The notes below the pieces were generated by a model that made no database searches, had not been told where the DNA came from, and saw nothing but the letters and a program-made list of their open reading frames with translations. Made by a program: the position numbers and the translations under genes. Shown piece by piece: positions 50,277 through 60,455 of a DNA stretch of 64,000 bases (its first letter is position 1; every line of letters starts with the position of its first letter). Location: positions 12,586,001 through 12,650,000 of the forward strand of contig CM059432.1 in the NCBI GenBank assembly GCA_030390025.1. The letters run 5' to 3'. Origin of the DNA: Squalus acanthias (taxonomy: Eukaryota).

Positions 50277-50867
50277 TATAATAAGAAGGAATCATTTAAT
50301 GTCTGACTGTATTAATGGTTTGAATAACTATTTAATAACAGTTTAAAGTTACGTATGACATCAATTGGGTAGATGATTAACATCAGGTTGTTGAAACTCA
50401 TTAAAATCTCATTTTATAGAATCCCCTCCCAGTGCGAAGGAATATATCATGTTTATATTGTGGGGCAGATGTCATTGAAACAATTGAGCATGTGCATGTG
50501 CAAGCTTAGGCAGTTGTGGTTCACGATTCACAACTGTAATAATAGGGTGAATGGTTAATTAACACCCTGATTCTGGGTTAAAGATTTTTTCTGGCTCTTT
50601 GACCTTCCCCAGTTGTCTGGTAAGGTCCATACACGTCAGTGAGCACAAGCTGGTAATAGTGGTCTACACAGGAAGGTTGAACGCTGGATCGAATAAGACT
50701 AAACATTCAAACCAAGGCTGTTTTAAGTAACATTAATCATCAGTATCAAATGAATAATTCTGAAGACCGTAATCTGAAGGACATCTATTGTTGCGCAAGC
50801 ATGAGGTTAGTGAACAATCCACGGCCTGACAGAGTCCAAGGTGCGAGAGGAATCTTCAGTAAAGGCC

Positions 50868-51215
50868 TGTTGGCTCCCAGTCCACCAACGCTTCCATTTA
50901 AAAATTATTTCCCTCGTGTTCAAATCCCTCCATGGCCTCGCCCCTCCCTATCCCTGTAACCTCCTCCAGCTGCTACAACCCTCCGAGAACTCTGCGTTCC
51001 TCCAACCCTGGCCTCTTTAACATCTTTCACTTCCTTCACCCCACCGTTGGCTGCCGTGCCTTCAGGCATCTAGGACCTAAGCTCTGGAATTCCCTCTCCA
51101 AACCTCTTCGCCTCTCCGCCTCTTAAGACGCTACTTTTAAACCTACCTGTTTCACCAAGCATTTGGTCATTTGTCATAATGTCTCCGTCTTTGGCTCGGT
51201 ATCGATTATTGTTCT
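50868..51215 (+). mobile_element. Degenerate L2 LINE 3' fragment
   Basis: Matches the reverse complement of 20860-21215 (FKSLHGLAPP..., GPKLWNSL). Confidence 0.8.
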
Positions 51216-52348
51216 TGATAGTTAGTTCACGTTGGCCAAACTAATTTCTAACCTCAGGGAGTGGGTTAGTACATCTTTAGTACCTGTATATCAAAGGTGA
51301 CATACATTGGTATCTAATGCCATTTAAACAACTGCAGATTATAAAGCAGAACGGGATTGTCTAAACAATCACCTAGAAAAATGTCTAGATCTATCAAAGA
51401 GAAGGGATGAATCAATTTTTCAAGAATAAAGTCATCCCACATGCTATGATCCTCTTTCCTCCTGGCAGGACCATTATTACTCGGTTCTGCCTATAAGAAA
51501 ACCTTTATAGTCGCAGGTATTCTAAAGAGTGCCCACCCTTGTGATATACTTTCTCATGTGCGTGCCTTGTCTTTACGAGTTCACACTGCTGGAGGCTCAA
51601 CAGCTGGTGCCTTTCATCTGGATTAGTTATGTTCAATAAGTGTGTGTCAGTCATTCCTTGCTGCAGCTTTTTACTATCATCAGGTTCCACAAATCACAGA
51701 GTCAGGTGCAGACTTCCAACAGCGATGCTGCTTATTCATCTTTCTTGACTTGAATGAAGCTTCTGCTGAGAAGCAGCGTACCAAATTCAGAGCCCTTTCT
51801 TTCAACCACAGCCTTTGGTCAAACTACGTCCCCGATTTTAACTCGGGGCGAGAGCCGGGTGGGCCGGGGGCAGCAAACTGTCCGGGCCTCGGCGGCGTGA
51901 GGCCCGGTAGATTTTAACTCCCGGGCCTCACGAGCACAGCCTCAGCGAGCCTCCCGCCTGAAAGTGGTGGGAAAGGGCGACTGGACGGCGGGTGGGCGCG
52001 CAATGTTGGGCAGAAGGAACCTGCCACCGTTCAACAAAGGAAAGGCCCCTGGCGCTCGGGTAAGTCACGGGGGGTGGGGGGGGGTGGTGCTCGGGAGGGC
52101 CTTCTGATAGGGGGAGGGAGGGAAGCCCGGGGTGGGGAAGGCCTAAAAGTTCCTTGTGGGACTTGGAGGAGCGCTTCTGTTCCGCCTGGCCCCACAAGGA
52201 ACAATCTAAAATGACTCACCTTTGTGGGCCTCTTTCCACCAGGTTGGCCTGGCAGGAAAGCCACAAATGGCTTCCCCCGTGCAGGCCTCTGGTTAAAATA
52301 GCAGTCGGACTCCAGTGACGTCATCAGAGTCTGACCTTCATATTTATA

Positions 52349-52585
52349 AATGTGAGAAGTCGCACAACACCAGGTTATAGTCCAACAGCTTTATTTGAAA
52401 TCACAAGCTTTCGGAGCGCTGCTCCTTCGTCAGGTGAAGTGAAGAGATGCATATAGGCTTCACCTGACGAAGGAGCAGCAGCTCCGAAAGCTTGTGATTT
52501 CAAATAAAGCTGTTGGACTATAACCTGGTGTTGTGCGACTTCTCACATTTGTCCACCCCAGTCCAACACCGGCATCTCCACATCA
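52349..52585 (+). mobile_element. Penelope-type fold-back insertion (inverted arms of about 92 bp plus tail)
   Basis: Arms at 52348-52439 and 52458-52550; tail gtccaccccagtccaacaccggcatctccacatca; TSD ttcatatttata at 52337-52348 and 52586-52597. Confidence 0.88.
52459..52497 (+). ncRNA. Minimal type I hammerhead ribozyme motif
   Basis: UCAC-CUGACGA-A-GGAGC(AGCA)GCUCC-GAAA-GCUU-GUGA: core boxes, stem I UCAC/GUGA, stem II and a palindromic AGCU stem III. Confidence 0.7.
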
Positions 52586-54223
52586 TTCATATTTATAGAA
52601 GGATCCCGGTGGTTTCTGGTGAGTGTCCTTCCCGCCTGCTCAGAACAGCCGGTTAAAATTGGAACCAGCGGGAAGAGAGTGGGATCTCGTCAACCAAGTC
52701 CCATGGGCAATTTTACATGCCCGCCCGCCCGCCCACACGGTTTCCGTTGGGCACGCGGGGTTAAAATCGCACCTTAGACCAGCTCCCAGAGAAATCATTT
52801 TACCTGATCTAATTTTAGCTCCTAGTGACCAGAACTGAATACATGTTGTGGTTTTGGGTGGAAGGGTTTTATTTCATGAATTTTAACTTTTTGCCCTTCA
52901 TTGACCAAATTAATATTTTTCAAAAGAACCTGATTAGAAAGTGATGCATCAGTCAGGCTGTCTGTTCACTCGAACAGGATGTGGCACTGCACGTCGGTTA
53001 GAATTACTTCCCTTGGGCAGTGTAAGCTTGGTGGTTAGGGGCACATGCCTTTGATAATCAGCTTCAGTATCTCTTTCATGTCAATAATGAGAAGATACGA
53101 CATCATCAAAGAGAGACTAATTCAGTGAAGAAACTGTTAAAGGGCCTACATAGGGAAGGGTGATGAGAGAGGGCTGGGGAACTGAAGAAGTGAGGATTAG
53201 AAACAGTTAGCACTTCAGGGCAGGGAAGGGAATAAAGTGAAAAAGTGCATTATTGCAACAATCTGAAGCTACAGCAGCTGTCAAGAGTACCCTTCCTCTT
53301 GGCATGTGTCGTTTGATGATTAGAACTAAGGGCGATTGCCAAGAACTTGCTCTGATTGCCTGGTTGGCCAGAGGCAGGGTTTAAGCTTTGAACTGAAAAG
53401 ATCAAATTTCATTCCACATCTCACTGCTTTTTTTTCCCCAACTTGGGACTTTTAATCTAGTCATCTGCCAGTAGCTACTTTCATAGTAATTACAAACATA
53501 TAATAGCTATAAAATCAGTACTCACTAATAACTTTATGGCTCGGCCCAGACAGCAAAATTTAAAGTCATTCAAGATGATGAGAATTGGCTGCACCTGCAC
53601 ACACTTTCAAATGCTAAAAGTTGCTTGGATATTTTATGATCCAGCCCTGAAGCTGGGTTTAATACTTACCATTAAGAAGCCATTTGTTGCTGCATCTTTG
53701 TCATAACCCAAATTGAGAGGCACATTTCTCTCACTTTGGAGACAGACAAAGCGCAAAAGTGTATTTCAAACCCGTGACCAGCTGGTAACTGAGGTTGTAA
53801 ATATCTTTGGCGGGGGGCGGTTGTACATCTTACTCACTTACTTCCTTAGGTGAGACTTTAGGAGGGAAAGCAATGAAAAATCTTGGAAGTGTCAAAACAA
53901 CGTAAATACTTTGCACACAGTAAATCCTCCTCTGCCAGTAATCTGGCAGCTCTGTTTGTCGAAACAAAAAAAATTAAATGACGTGTGTTTAAGAAAAAAT
54001 TCAGTGTTCTTTTTAGAACTCTCAAAGTAAACACTGAGAAAATTAACAAATTAACAGCTGTCCTGGCACGTTATCCTGACAAGCTTGTGAGTGTTACTGG
54101 AAAATCCATGTAATAAGAGGCGAGTTGCTGGGCGTAATTTTGACTTTGCCCGATAGAATAAAACGGCCGATATCGAAACAACCGTCCGTTAAACATCTCT
54201 CCCGATTTTCAGTTTCATTAAAT

Positions 54224-54979
54224 GGGCCGTATTTTGCGACCTCTACGGGTGCGTACGAGGTGCGCACGCGCCCGTAGGGGCCGCGCAAGTGCCGGCTTTA
54301 GGCATGCGAAGCGCCATGCACTGAAACCTGGCACTTGCGATCTTGACAGATCCTCCGCATCCCCGGGGAAAGGGCCTCCGCGGGTGGAGAGTTGCGCTAT
54401 TTGCCCAACTTCCGCCCGCTGAAAGGCCGTGGAATTCTTACACCTGGTAAAAGCTGGCATAAGGCCTGCTTTTACCAGCATAAGAGCTTTAAAAAATAGA
54501 AAAATTAAATTTTATCACTCATTTATACATTAAAAACCCTGTCCAATAAGGTAAGTTTATTTTTAGCCCCGTTAAAACATATAAAAAACATTTTCAAAAA
54601 ATTTAATTATTGTTTAAAATATTTAATTAAATGCCATTTTAATTAATTTTATATATGTACTTTAAAAACATTTTATTTCACGTGTTCGTGTATTTTTTAA
54701 GTCATCTTCATTCATACTTTTGACAATTCCGTACGTACAGAACTGTCAAAAGTATGAAGGGGGATTCCCTTCTTTCATTGGTTGGGCCGGCCCACGTGAT
54801 CCCAGGGGTGCTCGCGAACCGCCTGCGTCCCTGGGATATGTGGGCCTCTACGCATTTCAACCAGCAGAGGCCCAGGATCGCAGGCCTCCGTATCTCCCGG
54901 ACCACCAGGTAAATGCGTCGAAAATTTGATGATGGGAGGCCTCCGCCCGCAGGAAGCCTCCGATCGCAAATTCAGGCCC
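54224..54979 (+). mobile_element. Harbinger-like MITE
   Basis: TIRs gggccgtattttgcga / tcgcaaattcaggccc; AT-rich core; hairpin at 54711-54758. Confidence 0.8.
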
Positions 54980-56226
54980 ATTGACTTCATCTGAGAGTCT
55001 TCGAGCCGGATTAAATATCAGAAACTGCCATAAATCACCCTGTTGTATATAAAACAGCCTGCTATGTAATTAAATTAGTTTTATGCAGCATGGAATACTT
55101 TACAAAGACTCCTCTTCTGTCTATACCCATTGTAAGTGTTCATGAAAAATTAGTTACACGCTGATCCTAATTTACGATTTTGGAAGCGCATTACAGGATT
55201 TGGAGAAATGATCAACATAACTTGTTGACTGTGTCTGCCCAAAAGGCATTGAACTTCGGCTCAATGGAATTCCTTATTTCACAGTGTGACTGACTGAAGG
55301 CTCCTTGGCCAGATTCAGACGGGTTCACTGTTTCCGAGCTGGGAATAAAAGACGGAGAAAAAGAGTCACTAAAAATGAAAGAACCGCATGTTTTTTTCTT
55401 CAAAAGTAATGAAGGGGGAACTAAATAGCAGGAATGCGTGCTTTTCAAACACGAGAAAGCGGTTTCTTTAGTGGCAATCGAAAAATAAGAATCATGTTAC
55501 ATAAAAAAAACTAGAGGCCATGACTGTCACCCAACAGGGAATGCAGGAGGAGCTTCTTGATCCCGAGAGTGGTTAGAATATGGAACTTGCTACCACAGGG
55601 AGCAGTTGAGGCGAATAGCATTTAGAATCATAGAAATTTACAGCACGGAAGGAGGCCATTTTGGCCCATCTTGTCCGCGCCGGCTGACAAAGAGCTATCC
55701 AGCCTTATCCCACTTTCCAGCTCTTGGTCCGTAGCCCTGTAGGTTACGGCACTTCAAGTGCACATCCAAGGACTTTTTAAATGTGATGAGGGTTTCTGCC
55801 TCTACCACCCTTTCAGGCAGTGAGTTCCAGACCCCCACAACCCTCTGGGTGAGGAAATTTCCCCTCAAATCCCCTCTAAACCTCCGACCAATTACTTTAA
55901 ATCTGTGCCCCCTGGTCTTTGACCCCTCTGCTAAGGGAAATAGGTCCTTCCAATCCACTTTATCGAGGCCCCTCATAATTTTATACACCTCAATAAGGTC
56001 TCCCCTCAGCCTCCTCTGTTCCAAAGAAAACAAACCTATCCAATCTTTCCTCGTAGCCAAAATTCTCCAGTCCAGGCAACATCCTCGTAAATCTCCTCTG
56101 TACCCTCTCTAGTGCAATCACATCTTTCCTGTAATGTGGTGACCAGAACTGCACGCAATACTCTAGCTGAGGCCTAACTAGTGTTTTATATGGTTCAAGC
56201 ATAACCTCCCTGTTCTTATATTCTAT

Positions 56227-56455
56227 TGAGAGGTCGCACAACACCAGGTTATAGTCCAACAGTTTTATTTGAAATCACAAGCTTTCGGAGCCATCGATCG
56301 CCCCTTCCTCAGGTGAAGTACTTCACCTGAGGAAGGGGCGATCGATAGCTCCGAAAGCTTGTGATTTCAAATAAAACTGTTGGACTATAACCTGGTGTTG
56401 TGCGACCTCTCAATTTTGTCCACCCCAGTCCAACACCGGCATCTCCGCATCATGA
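56227..56455 (+). mobile_element. Penelope-type fold-back insertion, near-perfect palindrome of about 190 bp
   Basis: Centre gaagtacttc at 56315-56324; TSD cttatattctat at 56215-56226 and 56456-56467. Confidence 0.88.
56322..56364 (+). ncRNA. Minimal type I hammerhead ribozyme motif
   Basis: UCAC-CUGAGGA-A-GGGGC(GAUCGAUA)GCUCC-GAAA-GCUU-GUGA. Confidence 0.7.
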
Positions 56456-57519
56456 CTTATATTCTATGCCTCGGCTAATAAAGGCAAGTATTCCGTATGC
56501 CTTCTTAATCACCTTATCTACTTGGCCTGCTACCTTCAGGGATCAGTGGACCTGCACTCCAAGGTCCCTTTGTTCCTCTACACTTCTCAGTGTCTGACCA
56601 TTTAATGTGTATGCCCTTGTCTTGTTAGCCTTCCCCAAATGCATTACCTCACACTTCTCCAGATTGAATTCCATTTGCCACTGTTCTGCCCACCTGACTA
56701 GTTCATTGATATCTTCCTGCAGTCTACAGCTTTCTTCTTCATTATCAACCACACAGCCGATTTTAGTATCATCTGCAAACTTCTTAATCATACCCCCTAC
56801 ATTCCAGTCTAAATCATTGATATATACCACAAAAAGCAAGGGACCTAGTAATGAGCCCTGCGGAACCCCACTGGAAACAGCCTTCCAGTCACAAAAACAC
56901 CCATCAACCATTACCCTTTGCTTCCTGCCTCTGAACCAATTTTGGATCCATGATTGGCTCAAGGAAAGCTAGATAAACACATGAGGGAGAAAGGAATAGA
57001 AGCTTCTGCTGATAGGGTTAGATGAAGAGGGGTTGGAGGAGGCTTGGGTGGAGCATAAACACTGGCATGGACCAGTGGGCGAATGGCCTGTTTCTGTGCT
57101 GTAAGTTCTACTGTAATCCGATGCACCTGCAATAATGATTCTTATAACACTTATCAAGCAGCTAACAAGCCACTTAACCACTGGAAAGTTCAACGATCCA
57201 GCTCTGAAGTGAGCAATTGTTGGAAAAAACATCTAAATGCCAACTGTGAAAAAAAATGGGTGAGCACAGTAATAATATTTGATGAGGAAGGACAGCATAC
57301 ATAGAAACCAGAAAGTGTGGCAATATGTTACTGGCAGGGTCAGCACTGTCTCAGAGAATCTGCCAGGAGGTCAAAAAGAAGACGTTTGATCTTAAAGAAG
57401 AGCACAGAGAAGCCATGAATACTACTGTAAATCAAGAGCTCAGGACTTATTGATATAGTTGTTGTTAAATGATATATGCAAGAAAATGCTGTGCCGACAC
57501 AGAGAAATGTTAGCATGGA

Positions 57520-58572
57520 TGTAGCAAGTAAGGTATTATGACTGAAAATAACCAGGGTTATGCAAATTGCATTATGCGTGCCATGATGGGAGAGAGAATA
57601 TGGGCGAAATTTTCTGAGCTCCCAAACCATTGGATGGCTTATTGGAAAATCGCAGATGCATTTGTAAGATTTCCAAAATTTGCAGATCCCCAAAAATATA
57701 TCGAAAGGGGAAAAAAAAGGACTTTGGAACTTTAAAGGAAACATGTCTGGACATGTACGGCACGTGCCTGGTCTGGGAATTCAAAGCCCAGCAAACATTA
57801 ACATTTGGACAATAGGCCCTGGGGAAAGGCCGCCCCACCCAAAACACAGAGCCCATAGGAATGCTAGGCCCAGCAAGGTACCCAAAGCAGGAGAACAATG
57901 CAAGCTTCCATGGAACAACAGCGCAACAGGATGTAAGCCATTTGATTTGGTTTAGCATAGTTGAAAGCCCATCAAAATTTAACAAGACAATGAACAGGCC
58001 TCACCTGAAAACTCACTGCATTACGAAACCAGTTTTTCGTGAGGAGTTTTGTGGGGGGAGGTGGGGGGGGAGCGAAAAAGAACTATATCTGCAGCAGGAC
58101 CCAAGAGCTCTCTCTCTTTTGACTCGCCAACTACGCTGTAACAAGGCTCTCTCTCAGCTCTGCCCAGAAGCCACATGGTAAAGGAAGACATTCGATGACC
58201 AGAATCACCATCGACTTACCTGGCTGGATTTCGTACTGTTAATACCCCTGTTTGGTGAGCATTATCCCTGATCTCCTGAAACCGAAACCTAGCTAGAAGT
58301 GGGATTTTTGGGAGGGATAAAGTTTTTTTTTTCTTGTATACTGTCATTTTTCCTCGCCTGTAACCATGTGTTCCCCAAACCTGTTTAAGTGTGAAGTGTG
58401 TTTAAGTTTGTTACCTTTATAATTTTAATAAAAGTTACAGTTCTTTTCATCGGAACCTGTTGTCTACTGCATCTTTATTCATAACCCCTAAATAAGTCCA
58501 AGTTTTGAACCTGGGGCGTGGGAGCGATTCGAACCGCTCACTGAGTCAGGGGAAAGGCTGACTCCTACCACA
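57520..58572 (+). mobile_element. Possible solo LTR
   Basis: TGTAG...CCACA ends, TATA-like at about 58084, AATAAA at about 58427; TSD not confirmed. Confidence 0.4.
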
Positions 58573-58744
58573 ACCACTCCCTACACATTGCCCATAGGGC
58601 AGAGTCTCGATAGCTTTGTTCGTGTTCTCTTTCCCATCATGGCATGAACTGAAACATTGTAGCCAGGGTTGTCTGCTTTGGCGGAATAGGTAACACTTAG
58701 GGTAAAATAAGTGACACTTGAGTTTCTCCAGATACAACAGACCA

Positions 58745-59860
58745 ACTAGACCTGATAGAGGTCTTTAAGATTATGGAAGTGTTAGAGTAGACGTAGGGAA
58801 GATGTTTCCACTTGTGGGGGGTGGGGGAGACCAGAACTAGGGGTCATAAATGTAAGATAGTCACTAATAAACCCAATAGGAAGCTTCTTTACCCCAGAGA
58901 GTGGTTAGAATGTGGAACTCGCTACCTCAAGGAGTAGTTGAGGCGAATAGTATAGATGCCTTTAAGGGGAAACTAGATAAATACATGAGGTAGAAAGGAA
59001 TAGAAGGATATGTTCATAGGGTGAGATGAAGTAGGGTGGAAGGAGGCTCATGTGGAGCATAAACACCGTCACAGACCAGTTAAATGCAATTACATAGAAT
59101 TTACAGTGGTTAGCACTGGTGCCTCACAGCGCCAGAGACCCGGGTTCGAATCTGACCTCGGGTGACTGTCTGTGTGGAGTTTGCACATTCTCCCCGTGTC
59201 TGCGTGGGTTTCCTCCGGGTGCTCCGGTTTCCTCCCACAGTCCAAAAATGTGTGGGTTAGGTTGATTTGGCTATGATAAATTGACCCTTAGTGTTAGGGG
59301 GGATTAAATATGTGGGGTTATGGGGATAGGATGGGATATGTTAGGGGGAATTAAATACGTGGGGTTACGGGGGTAGGGTGGGATATGTGTACTGTGGGGA
59401 TTAAAGCAGGGACAGGGTACTGGATTTGGATGATCAGCCATGATCGTATTGAATGGCGGAGCAGGCTCGACGGGCCGAATGGCCTACTCCTGCTCCTAGA
59501 TTCTATGTTTCTATGTTTACAGCACAGAAATAGGCCATTCGGCCTAATTGGGGCATTTATCCTTCTATTCCTTTCTCCCTCATGTATTTATGTAGCTTCC
59601 CCTTAAATGCATCTATGCTATTTGCCTCAACTACTCCTTGCTGTGGTTACACATTCTTAACACTCTTTAGGTAAGGAAGTTTCTCTTGAATTCCCTATTG
59701 GATTTATAGGTAACTATCTTATTTTTATGGCTTCTAATTTGGTCTTCCTCACAAGTGGAAACATCTTCTTTACCTCGACCCTTCATAATCTTAAAGACCT
59801 CTTTTAGGTCATCCCTCAGCCTTCGCTTTTTGAGAGAAAAGAGCCCCAGCCTGTACAGTC
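58745..59860. mobile_element. Two CR1 3' fragments tail-to-tail (+ 58745-59080; - 59088-59860), the second interrupted by a SINE
   Basis: DLIEVFKIM...TRTRGHK and reverse-complement counterparts. Confidence 0.75.
59105..59517 (+). mobile_element. HE1/V-SINE-like SINE
   Basis: Nearly identical to 16551-16964. Confidence 0.9.
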
Positions 59861-60455
59861 TTCAGTCCTGTCCTAAAGGAGAACAGCTTTTATAAAAAAA
59901 AAACGGTATAATGTTAGTCAATCTCTAATGAGCCTTATTTCTGCCTATATTTTAACAAAACGAAAATTGAGTGACAAGTCAGTAATTCTCCCCACTGCCC
60001 AGATCGACCTAGTCCACATCTTCAACAGTATTTACTTACCACTAGCTTTAGAAGCAGGGAATTTATCGTACCTGGTAGTAGACAGGTAAAAATTGATCAG
60101 CCATTGTCTGGTATTCCTAGTTTGGGTTACTGCCCGGAGCAAACCCTAGGTCCTCATTCATACTCTTTGTTATTTCATCAATACTATTAGCTCTTTTGTT
60201 TACATTCTAAAACTAAAAGGTAAATAGCATGACACTGAGACCTAAATCTTGAATATTTCCATTGTGTGAGATCCACTATACTACAGTAACTTGACCAGAC
60301 GGCAAATGTATCTTCACTTTACATAAACGGTGCTTCCAGAAGCTGCTAGACATTGTGCAAAGTATTTCAGTGGTTTATGAGCAAGGCTTGGGGGTCACCC
60401 CATGTAAATAGAGCCTGGATGCAGAATAATTGATGTACGGGCTTAGAGATATATA

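Larger units (their letters stand above)
51827..52773. mobile_element. GC-rich Harbinger-like MITE with a nested Penelope-type insert
   Basis: Inverted ends cgattttaac / gttaaaatcg; repeated cccgcc motifs; tgacgtca. Confidence 0.6.
55624..56950 (-). mobile_element. CR1 LINE 3' fragment (RT end), same family as 60557-63697
   Basis: GVPQGSLLGP, KFADDTK, RPQLEYCVQFW, WNSLPERVVEA. Confidence 0.93.

Noticed and set aside
53670..55340. Possible minus-strand exons (about 53670-53733 and downstream of an acceptor-like site at about 55340)
   Set aside because: The splice-like signals give short unrecognisable peptides and no consistent gene model.
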